Below, piece by piece: positions 7,889-14,948 of a DNA stretch of 14,948 nt. Location of the stretch: NCBI GenBank assembly GCA_040220235.1, contig JAVJTO010000087.1; one strand, written 5' to 3'. The translations under genes and the position numbers were made by a program. A model generated the notes under the pieces. It saw nothing but the letters and a program-made list of their open reading frames with translations. It was not told where the DNA came from and did no database searches. The stretch is from Coleofasciculus sp. B1-GNL1-01. GTDB taxonomy: Bacteria; Cyanobacteriota; Cyanobacteriia; Cyanobacteriales; Coleofasciculaceae. Numbering within the stretch: position 1 is the stretch's first letter; the number at the start of each line of letters is the position of its first letter.

Positions 7889-10030
7889 TGTTTGACGCCA
7901 CTCATACCTAAGTCAGAGACGCTTCAACCTGAGTTAGCCGCTTCTCCCCATAATTTAAAGCGTAGTGGTGTAATTGAGTTTGTGGGACGCGCGGATGTTC
8001 TGGAAAATCTGCACCAACAATTACAGCAAACTGAACGCATCGCGATTTGTGCGGTAGCGGGGATGGGAGGTGTGGGGAAAACGGAATTAGCTTTACAGTA
8101 TGCTCTACATCACCAGAAACAGGGAACCTATCCCGGTGGCTTGTGCTGGATACTGGCGGGGGATGGCGTTGTCGGAACTCAGATTGTTAGTTTTGCTAGA
8201 ACTCAATTAGATTTACAGTTACCCGATGGGTTAGAGTTAACTGAACAGGTGGCTTACTGCTGGCGACATTGGCGGAGAGGGGATGTCTTATTTATCTTTG
8301 ATGATGTGCGAAATTATCGACAGATCAAACCCTATCTTCCCCCTGCGGAATCGCGGTTTAAGGTGTTGATTACGACTAGGCGACAAAAGTTGGGGGCGTC
8401 TTTTCAACGAATACATCTAGATGTACTGACTGAAGCAGCCGCGATTGATTTGTTCGTGTCATTGATTGGACAAGAACGGATTGAGGCGGAACCAGAACAG
8501 GTAAAACATCTGTGTGAACAATTAGGCTATTTACCCTTGGGATTGGAATTAGTAGGGCGGTATTTACAGCGTAAGCCTGATTTGTCATTCGAGAAAATGT
8601 GCCAGCGTTTGGGGTTAAAGCATCGTTCCCTAAATAATCCTGACCCAGATATGACGGCACAATTAGGGGTTGAGGCAGCATTTGAGTTAAGTTGGCTTGA
8701 ACTCAGTCAAAAAGCTCAAAAGTTAGGTTGTTTTCTGAGTTTATTTGCACTGGCTCCCATCCTCTGGGCAGACGAAGATGTAGAAGAGTTAGAGGATATT
8801 GTAGAAGAGTTAGAGGATATTAGGGATGATGAATTGGTGAATCGGAGCTTATTGAAACGGGTAGATAAAGAGAGTTATCAACTGCACCAACTGGTTAGGG
8901 AATTCTTGAAAGAGAAGTTAGAGGAATTAACTGAAGCTGAGGAGTTTAAACACAGGTTTTGCCAGGTGATGGTCATGGTGGCACAGCAGATTCCTGAGAC
9001 GCCAACTAAAGATGATATTGTCATCGCCACCCCGATGATTCCGCACCTAGCCGAAGCCGCAACGACTCAGAAGGATTGGTTAAGTGATAAAGATTTAATT
9101 TACCCCTTTGGTGGCTTAGGTCGATTTTATGAAGGTCAAGGACTTTACAGACAAGCGTTACCCTGGCGTAAGCAGTGCTTATCAGCAACCAGAGAGCGTT
9201 TAGGTGATGACCATCTCGATGTAGCAATGAGTCTCAACAATCTGGCAGCACTCTACTATTCACAGGGAAGGTATGGGGAAGCTGAACCTTTGTATCAAAA
9301 AGCCTTAGAGTTAGATAAACGCCTCTTGGGTGATGACCATCCTGATGTGGCAAGAAGTCTGAATAATCTGGCAAGACTCTACGAATCACAGGGAAGGTAT
9401 AGTGAAGCCGAACCTTTATATCTGCAAGCCTTAGAGTTGTTTAAACGCCTCCTGGGTGATGACCATCCCGATGTGGCAATGAGTTTCAACAATCTGGCTC
9501 TACTCTACAAATCACAGGGAAGGTATGGGGAAGCTGAACCTTTGTTTCTGCAAGCCTTAGACTTGAGAAAACGCCTGCTGGGGGATGACCATCCCGATGT
9601 CGCACAAAGTCTCAACAATCTGGCATATCTCTACTCATCACAGGGAAGGTATGGGGAAGCCGAACCTTTGTATCTGCAAGCCTTGGAGTTGAGAAAACGC
9701 CTGCTGGGGGATGACCATCCTGATGTAGCAAACAGTCTCAACAATCTGGCAGCACTCTACCGTTCACAGGGAAGGTATGGTGAAGCTGAACCTTTGTATC
9801 TGCAAGCCTTAAAGTTATATAAACGCCTGCTGGGGGATGACCATCCTGATGTGGCAATGAGTCTCAACAATCTGGCTGGACTCTACTCATCACAGGGAAG
9901 GTATGGGGAAGCTGAACCTTTGTATCAGCAAGCGTTAGAACTGTGTAAACGCCTGCTGGGGGATGACCATCCCAATACAATCACCGTCCGTGAGAATTTG
10001 CAAAGAATGCGCGAACAATGGCATCAATAG
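7172..10030 (+). CDS. NLR-like protein: caspase (peptidase C14) + NB-ARC STAND NTPase + TPR repeats
   Basis: Dyad YFSGHG / ILDCCYSG intact. FVGR, Walker A GMGGVGKT, Walker B LFIFDDV, LITTR and GYLPLGL are present, followed by six 42-aa TPR units. ATG 7172 is preferred over TTG 7163. Confidence 0.92.
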   Translation: MSRDALVVGINKYERFNPLQAPGEDAEAVAQRLKQYGEFKVTRLPGVKDKQNNRIRVGQKTKVTLSQLRNAIIQLFKPKGKSVPDTALLYFSGHGLRQDLGVEEGFLASSDVNPEGENWGLPLQWLRRLLLTSEVRQQIVILDCCYSGEVLNFAEADPGEGGKARDRSFIAASREFEVAYEGIDGSHSAFTAALLEALEPKSERWVTNYTLVERLHQISSEFPQRWICSNSGEPIHLTRCLTPLIPKSETLQPELAASPHNLKRSGVIEFVGRADVLENLHQQLQQTERIAICAVAGMGGVGKTELALQYALHHQKQGTYPGGLCWILAGDGVVGTQIVSFARTQLDLQLPDGLELTEQVAYCWRHWRRGDVLFIFDDVRNYRQIKPYLPPAESRFKVLITTRRQKLGASFQRIHLDVLTEAAAIDLFVSLIGQERIEAEPEQVKHLCEQLGYLPLGLELVGRYLQRKPDLSFEKMCQRLGLKHRSLNNPDPDMTAQLGVEAAFELSWLELSQKAQKLGCFLSLFALAPILWADEDVEELEDIVEELEDIRDDELVNRSLLKRVDKESYQLHQLVREFLKEKLEELTEAEEFKHRFCQVMVMVAQQIPETPTKDDIVIATPMIPHLAEAATTQKDWLSDKDLIYPFGGLGRFYEGQGLYRQALPWRKQCLSATRERLGDDHLDVAMSLNNLAALYYSQGRYGEAEPLYQKALELDKRLLGDDHPDVARSLNNLARLYESQGRYSEAEPLYLQALELFKRLLGDDHPDVAMSFNNLALLYKSQGRYGEAEPLFLQALDLRKRLLGDDHPDVAQSLNNLAYLYSSQGRYGEAEPLYLQALELRKRLLGDDHPDVANSLNNLAALYRSQGRYGEAEPLYLQALKLYKRLLGDDHPDVAMSLNNLAGLYSSQGRYGEAEPLYQQALELCKRLLGDDHPNTITVRENLQRMREQWHQ
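9209..9964 (+). repeat. Six 126-bp intragenic repeats encoding 42-aa TPR units
   Basis: Units start at 9209, 9335, 9461, 9587, 9713 and 9839. Consensus DHPDVAxSLNNLAxLYxSQGRYGEAEPLYLQALELxKRLLGD. Confidence 0.95.
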
Positions 10031-10032
10031 GT

Positions 10033-10428
10033 GTAGGGTGCGTTAGGCGCATAGTTTTTATTTAGTTTTATCCCTAACCAAACACCCGTGCGCCGTAACG
10101 CACCGTTTTATCGCTGTTGTTTTAGACGTTCCGGCGGAACGTCTCTACTATAGGATGTGTCCTAACCGCTATGGCGGTTGCTGTAATTGGTGCGTTACGC
10201 GGCGCTAACACACGATGGCGGCATGGCACACCTTAATTGGTGGATTAGAATTGTAGGGGCGCACCGACGTGCGCCCGATTTAACGATAAATCTATCCCAC
10301 AATTTTAGCTGTGTCAGTCCACTACTGGCGTGGCACACCTTATTTGATGAATTAGAATTGGTTCGTAGTGAGGGAACCTCAGCCCTCTCCAGCTAAGCGT
10401 TATAGCACTAAAGTGCTTACTACAAACC
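10033..10428. repeat. Cluster of REP-like palindromes and a MITE-like element
   Basis: GTAGGGTGCGTTA...TAACGCACC (10033-10104); AGACGTTCCGGCGGAACGTCT (about 10124-10148); GGTGCGTTACGCGGCGCTAACACAC (about 10189-10213); element 10220-10320 with imperfect TIRs GGCATGGCACACC/GCTGTGTCAGTCC enclosing GTAGGGGCGCAC..GTGCGCCC; GGTTCGTAGT...ACTACAAACC (10360-10428). Confidence 0.75.
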
Positions 10429-10434
10429 TGAATC

Positions 10435-10728
10435 ATGACGCTCTCTATTGTTCTAAAAAACCATCGCTCCGTACTTGCGTCCCATCACTCCGTACTTACG
10501 TCCCATTTATCGGTACTTACGTCCCATTTATCGGTACTTACGTCCCATTCATCCGTACTTACGTCCCATTCATCCGTACTTACGTCCCATCACTCCGTAC
10601 TTACGTCCCATTGCTCCGTACTTACGTCCCATTGCTCCGTACTAAAGCACCGTGACACCGTACCAAAGCACCGTCCTATTGTATCAACGCACCGTGACAC
10701 CGTAACCCTGAACCATCGATTAAAATAG
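10435..10728 (+). CDS. Possible heptad-repeat leader peptide (HxSVLTS)n; may not be translated
   Basis: ATG lies just before the array and TAG just after it, 36 nt before the next gene. An open frame is also expected by chance from a 21-bp unit. Confidence 0.25.
   Translation: MTLSIVLKNHRSVLASHHSVLTSHLSVLTSHLSVLTSHSSVLTSHSSVLTSHHSVLTSHCSVLTSHCSVLKHRDTVPKHRPIVSTHRDTVTLNHRLK
10441..10713 (+). repeat. 21-bp tandem array, about 13 units (9 well conserved: CATnnnTC(C/G)GTACTTACGTCC)
   Basis: Conserved units start at 10462, 10483, 10504, 10525, 10546, 10567, 10588, 10609 and 10630. In-phase degenerate units start at 10441, 10651, 10672 and 10693. Confidence 0.93.
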
Positions 10729-10764
10729 ACAAATCAAATTATTGTTGGGGAGAACAATTGCCAG

Positions 10765-11427
10765 ATGAGTAGCTATATGCCCCGCTCAGATGCTGACTTT
10801 AATAATTGGCAAGGAAATTTTATTGCCACGTTAACTAATTATCTCACCGATTTAGGACTCACTGCCGAAGAAATTACACCGATTACCACCGCTCAAACAA
10901 CCTGGACAACGGCTTACAATAACCATATTGCCGCCCAGTCTGCTGCCGAAAGTGCCCGCCAAGACAAAGACGATAGCGGTAAACAGTATAAATCTTTATT
11001 GCGTCAATTGGTTAATCAACTTCAGGTTAATCCTCAAATGACCGATGCCATGCGCCAAGGATTAGGCATCACTGTCTCTAAATCAACTGCCAGTAGCCTG
11101 GGTGAACCGACAACTCGTCCAATTCCTCGCGTAGAAGTGAAAGGACGCTATCAACTAGAAATTCATTTTGTTGACGAAACAACACCCACTCGTAAAGCTA
11201 AACCCAGTGGTGTAATGGGGAGCGAAATTTGGATCAAAATTGGTGATCCGCCGCCGACTGATCCGCAGGAATTAACGTTTGTGGCGTTAGATACAGCAAC
11301 CCCTTATGTGATGGAATTTAAGGGTGAAGATGTGGGGAAAACCGCTTATTTTATGTTGCGCTGGGTGAATAGAAAAGGGGAATCGGGACCTTGGAGTCAA
11401 ACGGTGAGTATGATGATTCCTGGGTGA
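10765..11427 (+). CDS. Hypothetical protein (220 aa): N-terminal helical domain + C-terminal beta-sandwich (FN3/Ig-like)
   Basis: RBS GGGGAG upstream. N-terminal YMPRSDADF and amphipathic helices, a Pro/Thr linker, then beta-rich KPSGVMGSEIW...GKTAYFMLRWVNRKGESGPWS, which matches an FN3-like terminal strand pattern. No signal peptide. Confidence 0.8.
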   Translation: MSSYMPRSDADFNNWQGNFIATLTNYLTDLGLTAEEITPITTAQTTWTTAYNNHIAAQSAAESARQDKDDSGKQYKSLLRQLVNQLQVNPQMTDAMRQGLGITVSKSTASSLGEPTTRPIPRVEVKGRYQLEIHFVDETTPTRKAKPSGVMGSEIWIKIGDPPPTDPQELTFVALDTATPYVMEFKGEDVGKTAYFMLRWVNRKGESGPWSQTVSMMIPG

Positions 11428-11435
11428 TGGGGTGC

Positions 11436-11688
11436 TCTTTGACATTTTTCCCCCTCATCCCCTAACCCCAACTCCGGACCCCCCTAGTTCCCTAAGCTGT
11501 GTCTGTCTATTCTTTGACATTTTCCCCCTCATCCCCTAACCCCTTCTCCCACCGGGGGAGAAGGGGAACCGGATTTTTTGGCACGGGGGAGGACAGAGGA
11601 TGCTTCGCTTTTGTTGCACCGGAGTTGGGGAACCGGATTCTCTTGCTCCCCTCTCCCCGGCGTGGGAGAGGGGCTGGGGGAGAGGGGT
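11436..11688. repeat. Nested CCCCTCTCCC/GGGAGAGGGG-type palindromic repeat complex
   Basis: 33-34-bp direct repeat (11436-11469, 11511-11543), 12-bp inverted repeat CCCCAACTCCGG (11466-11477 / 11619-11630), and hairpins CCCCTTCTCCC..GGGAGAAGGGG and CCCCTCTCCC..GGGAGAGGGG. Confidence 0.8.
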
Positions 11689-11732
11689 TGCGTAACGTAA
11701 CAATTAAAATGATATAACGTACCCATTAAAAT

Positions 11733-11762
11733 GGTGCGTTACGCTTCGCTAACGCACCCTAC
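11733..11762 (-). repeat. GTAG-type REP palindrome
   Basis: GGTGCGTTA-CGCTTCGC-TAACGCACC-CTAC. Confidence 0.8.
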
Positions 11763-11765
11763 GAA

Positions 11766-12534
11766 TAGCCGAATGTTTGTCATGATGAGGGAATAACACC
11801 GATAAAGATTTTTGGCGATGAGTCGGGATGCTTTGGTTATTGGCATAAATAAGTATGAGCGATTTAATCCCCTGAACGCGCCAGGGGAAGATGCGGAAGC
11901 CGTGGCTCAACGACTAGAACAGTATGGTGAGTTTAAAGTAACTCGACTCCCAGGGGTAAAGGATAAGCAGAATAACCGGATTCGCGTGGGTCAGAAAACC
12001 ACGGTCACACTGAGTCAGCTTGAAGATGCGATTATACAATTATTTATGCCAGAGGGTCGGTCTGTCCCTGATACGGCAATCTTATACTTTTCTGGGCATG
12101 GACTGCGGAAAAGTCGGGGAATTCAGGAAGGCTTTTTAGCCAGCAGTGATGTGAATCCAGAGGCGGGAAACTGGGGATTGTCTCTCCAATGGTTACGTCG
12201 ATTGCTGCTGGCTAGTGAGGTGCGACAACAGATTATTATCCTGGATTGCTGTTATAGTGGGGAGGTTCTCAATGTTGCTGAAGCTGATCCAGGGGAGCGA
12301 GGGAAAGGACGCGATCGCTGTTTTATTGCCGCATCACGAGAGTTCGAGGTGGCGTATGAGGGAATTGATGGGAGTCATAGTGCGTTCACGGCGGCGTTAC
12401 TCGAGGCGCTGGAACCGCAGTCAGAACGCTGGGTGACAAATCACACCTTAGTCGAGCGTCTCAATCAAGTTAACTCAGAGTTTCCCCAACGTCCGATTTT
12501 TGCCAATTCTGGAGAACCGATTAACTTAACCCGT
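11766..12534 (+). repeat. Long direct repeat, copy 2 (5' leader + caspase domain)
   Basis: Gapless match to 7120-7888. Confidence 0.92.
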
Positions 12535-14829
12535 CGCTTGTCAGTAGCCGTATCTGAGTCTATTGAAATACCCCAACCCGCGATTTGTCCTTACAAAGGA
12601 TTAGCCTATTTTGATTGTAATCAGGAAGACCCCAAATACTTTTATGGACGTACTGCACTGACAGATAAGTTGTTAGATCAGGTTCGACAAGGGAATTTTT
12701 TAGCCATTTTAGGAGCCTCAGGAAGCGGGAAGTCATCCGTGCTGCGAGCGGGATTACTGCATCAGCTTAAATTGGGGCGTCGTTTGTCGGGAAGTGAGGC
12801 GTGGGAGGTACGAATTTTAACCCCCGGTGAACATCCGTTGCAGAGTTTAGCCTTGGCGTTTCTTTCAACGGAAGCATCAGGAATTGAAAGAGCCGCACAG
12901 TTGAAGCAAGGGGAAGAGTTATTAGCTGAAGGTGCAACAGGATTACGGCGATTAGTGCAAGCGTCTACGGCTCCTCGCGTCGTGTTGGTGATTGATCAAT
13001 TTGAGGAAGCGTTTACCCTCTGTCAGGATGAGGAAGAACGAGAGTTGTTTTTTGCGTGTTTATTGGGTGTAACCTCCACCTCATCTGTTCAAGAGAGTGG
13101 CTTAAATCTGTGCATTATCCTAGCCATGCGTGCTGATTTCTTCGGGAAATGTGTTGAACGCAACTATAGCGGATTAGGGCAACAAATTCAGCACAACATG
13201 GTAACAGTCACACCGATGAAGCCGGAGGAATTAACCCAGGCAATTGTTGAACCTGCTAAACGAGTAGAATTAGCCGTTGAACCCGAATTGGTAGAGCAGA
13301 TGATTACCGATGTAGAGGGTTCCCCTGGAAGTTTACCTCTGTTGCAATACACATTGATGGAGTTATGGAACAGGCGAAACAATCATGGCTTAAGCTTGGC
13401 AACTTATTCCCAGTTAGGTGGGGTAATGGGGACATTACAAAAACGGGCGACGGAGGTTTACGAGGAGTTCTCGACGCCGGAGAAAGAAGTAGCGAAGCAT
13501 ATTTTTCTGTCGCTGACGCAATTAGGAGAGGGAACAGAAGATACTCGTAGGCGGGTATTGAAGCAGGATTTAGTCACATCGCGCCATTCTGAAGCATTGA
13601 TTAATCGGGTGGTGCAGCGTTTGGCGGATGTTCGTTTAATTGTTACACAAGAGGTATCAACTCTTAATCAAACATCTAAAACTATCAATCCCAATTCAGT
13701 GGTGGTAGATGTAGAACATGAAGCACTGATTCGCCATTGGATAGTATTGCGGCGGTGGTTAAATGAGAGTCGGGATCATCTCCGAGAAAAGCGGAAAATA
13801 GAAGCGGCGGCTGAAGAGTGGCGAAGTTGGGGAAAAGCGAAGGATTATTTATTGCAGGGGAAGCGGTTGAGAGAGGCTAGGGAGTTTCAGAAGGAAAAGG
13901 TAGAAGGCTTTCCTTTATCAAATTTTGCTAAGGAGTTTATTGGGACGAGTGTTAGACGGAAACAGATTAATCGAGTCAAAATTATAGTTGGTGTTCTGAT
14001 TATTCCTTTGATTGGGACGGGGTTTGTCGGTATTGGTATTTATAGAGAGAGAACAATCAAAATATACCGGGAAGTCCTTATGGAAACTAAAGGTTCGGAG
14101 TCCCGTCAAGCAAGACAAGAAAGAATTGAGGCTGTTAAAAAACTATCTTGGCTCCGTGATACTTTTAACGGTGGTTTACTTCAAGGAGCCGACCTCAGGG
14201 AAGCCGACCTCAGGGGAGCCAACCTCAGCAGAGCCTACCTCCAGAACGCCGACCTCCAGGAAGCCCATCTCGGTGGAGCCAACCTCCAGGAAGCCTATCT
14301 CGGTGGAGCCAACCTTCAGGAAGCCAACCTCCAGGAAGCCGACCTCAGTGGAGCAGTCCTCAGTGGAGCAGTCCTCAGGGAAGCCGACCTCAGTGGAGCA
14401 GTCCTCAGGGAAGCCGACCTCAGTGGAGCCGACCTCAGTGGAGCCAACCTCTGGGACGCCGATCTCCAGGAAGCCTACCTCAGGGGAGCCTACCTCATTG
14501 CAACCAACCTCACATTAGCTGACCTCAGTGGAGCCGACCTCCAGGTAGCCTACCTCAGGGGAGCCTACCTCATTGCAACCAACCTCAGTGGAGCCGACCT
14601 CTGGGAAGCCGACCTCAGTGGAGCCGACCTCAGGAGAGCCTACCTCAGGGGAGCCTACCTCAGGGGAGCCTACCTCAGGGGAGCTTACCTAACTCCGGCT
14701 CAAGTCAAAGTTACTTGTGATTGGCAAGAAGCAAATTATAGTGATAATTTTCGTGCAGAATTAAACTCGTCACCTGATCCTGAAGAGAAAGTTGATTGTA
14801 GTCGCTGGAGTTCAGGTGTTGATGACTGA
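11818..14829 (+). CDS. Caspase (C14) + nSTAND1-type NTPase + TM helix + pentapeptide repeats
   Basis: Dyad YFSGHG / ILDCCYSG. NTPase motifs CPYKGLAYF, FYGR, GASGSGKSS, VLVIDQFEE, MRADF, PGSLPLLQ and HEALIRHW. TM segment IIVGVLIIPLIGTGFVGIGIY, then 34 xAxLx repeats. ATG 11818 is preferred over TTG 11812. Confidence 0.9.
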   Translation: MSRDALVIGINKYERFNPLNAPGEDAEAVAQRLEQYGEFKVTRLPGVKDKQNNRIRVGQKTTVTLSQLEDAIIQLFMPEGRSVPDTAILYFSGHGLRKSRGIQEGFLASSDVNPEAGNWGLSLQWLRRLLLASEVRQQIIILDCCYSGEVLNVAEADPGERGKGRDRCFIAASREFEVAYEGIDGSHSAFTAALLEALEPQSERWVTNHTLVERLNQVNSEFPQRPIFANSGEPINLTRRLSVAVSESIEIPQPAICPYKGLAYFDCNQEDPKYFYGRTALTDKLLDQVRQGNFLAILGASGSGKSSVLRAGLLHQLKLGRRLSGSEAWEVRILTPGEHPLQSLALAFLSTEASGIERAAQLKQGEELLAEGATGLRRLVQASTAPRVVLVIDQFEEAFTLCQDEEERELFFACLLGVTSTSSVQESGLNLCIILAMRADFFGKCVERNYSGLGQQIQHNMVTVTPMKPEELTQAIVEPAKRVELAVEPELVEQMITDVEGSPGSLPLLQYTLMELWNRRNNHGLSLATYSQLGGVMGTLQKRATEVYEEFSTPEKEVAKHIFLSLTQLGEGTEDTRRRVLKQDLVTSRHSEALINRVVQRLADVRLIVTQEVSTLNQTSKTINPNSVVVDVEHEALIRHWIVLRRWLNESRDHLREKRKIEAAAEEWRSWGKAKDYLLQGKRLREAREFQKEKVEGFPLSNFAKEFIGTSVRRKQINRVKIIVGVLIIPLIGTGFVGIGIYRERTIKIYREVLMETKGSESRQARQERIEAVKKLSWLRDTFNGGLLQGADLREADLRGANLSRAYLQNADLQEAHLGGANLQEAYLGGANLQEANLQEADLSGAVLSGAVLREADLSGAVLREADLSGADLSGANLWDADLQEAYLRGAYLIATNLTLADLSGADLQVAYLRGAYLIATNLSGADLWEADLSGADLRRAYLRGAYLRGAYLRGAYLTPAQVKVTCDWQEANYSDNFRAELNSSPDPEEKVDCSRWSSGVDD
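14185..14694 (+). repeat. 34 x 15-bp intragenic repeats encoding pentapeptide repeats
   Basis: Consensus G(G/A)AGCC(G/A/T)ACCTC(AGG/AGT/CAG), with higher-order duplicated blocks such as AYLRGAYLIATNL twice. Confidence 0.93.
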
Positions 14830-14948
14830 AGCTAAAATTGTGGAATAGATTTATCGTTAAACCGGGCGCAAGGCTTCATTGGTGTCAATTTAAGGTCGAA
14901 AACCTATGCTGGTAAGGTTTTCAGTTATGTCTATCTACGGCTCACAAT

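Larger units (their letters stand above)
868..12318. repeat. HIP1 octamers GCGATCGC (dispersed)
   Basis: Seen at 868, 3610, 6422, 6668, 7665 and 12311. Over-representation of HIP1 is an established cyanobacterial signature. Confidence 0.85.

Noticed and set aside
9209..9964. Diversity-generating retroelement target
   Set aside because: There is no reverse transcriptase or separate template repeat in the window, and variation recurs at the same codons of every unit, which repeat shuffling explains more simply.
10441..10713. CRISPR or TIGR-type guide array
   Set aside because: The variable part is only 4-6 nt and recurs between units. The neighbouring gene shows no Cas, Nop or RT motifs.
10327..11508. 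Single large MITE carrying the 220-aa gene (left end 10327, right end AGCTGTGTCTGTCT at about 11495-11508)
   Set aside because: The right-end match is short and lies inside a separate inverted-repeat-bounded element. It is not excluded but is too weak to call.
11499..11726. ORFs 11499..11717 (+) and 11529..11726 (-)
   Set aside because: These are translations of GC-rich palindromic repeats.
232..13550. Remaining short ORFs overlapping the long genes or repeat clusters (e.g. 232..486, 687..905, 2909..3256, 8376..8681, 10187..10396, 10368..10655, 13365..13550)
   Set aside because: They are antisense or off-frame shadows without motifs or good start contexts.
14012..14518. 168-aa (EPTSx)n ORF
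   Set aside because: It is an alternate-frame shadow of the pentapeptide repeats.

Overview
Cyanobacterial chromosomal window. Evidence for this is at least six HIP1 GCGATCGC octamers, heptamer STRR-like repeats and a dense set of REP/MITE-like elements; it looks like a repeat-rich filamentous species, but the genus cannot be fixed from the sequence. The left third holds the 3' end of an RRXRR/IsrB-like gene with an IS200/IS605-type right end, a small hypothetical gene, a membrane-bound class III adenylate cyclase, a CruP-like carotenoid-cyclase paralog and a secreted protein. The right two-thirds look like an accessory conflict/immunity island. It contains an internally deleted xisH remnant plus intact xisI, a Trypco1 (CU044_2847-like) gene, and two divergently transcribed NLR-like genes. 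These two genes share a duplicated leader and caspase (C14) module but carry different STAND NTPases and sensors: NB-ARC with hypervariable 126-bp TPR repeats, and nSTAND1 with a TM helix and 34 pentapeptide repeats. Between them lies a 1.73-kb interval bracketed by inverted REP ends, carrying a 21-bp tandem array directly upstream of a 220-aa helical/Ig-like gene. All family assignments come from motif recognition, not database searches.
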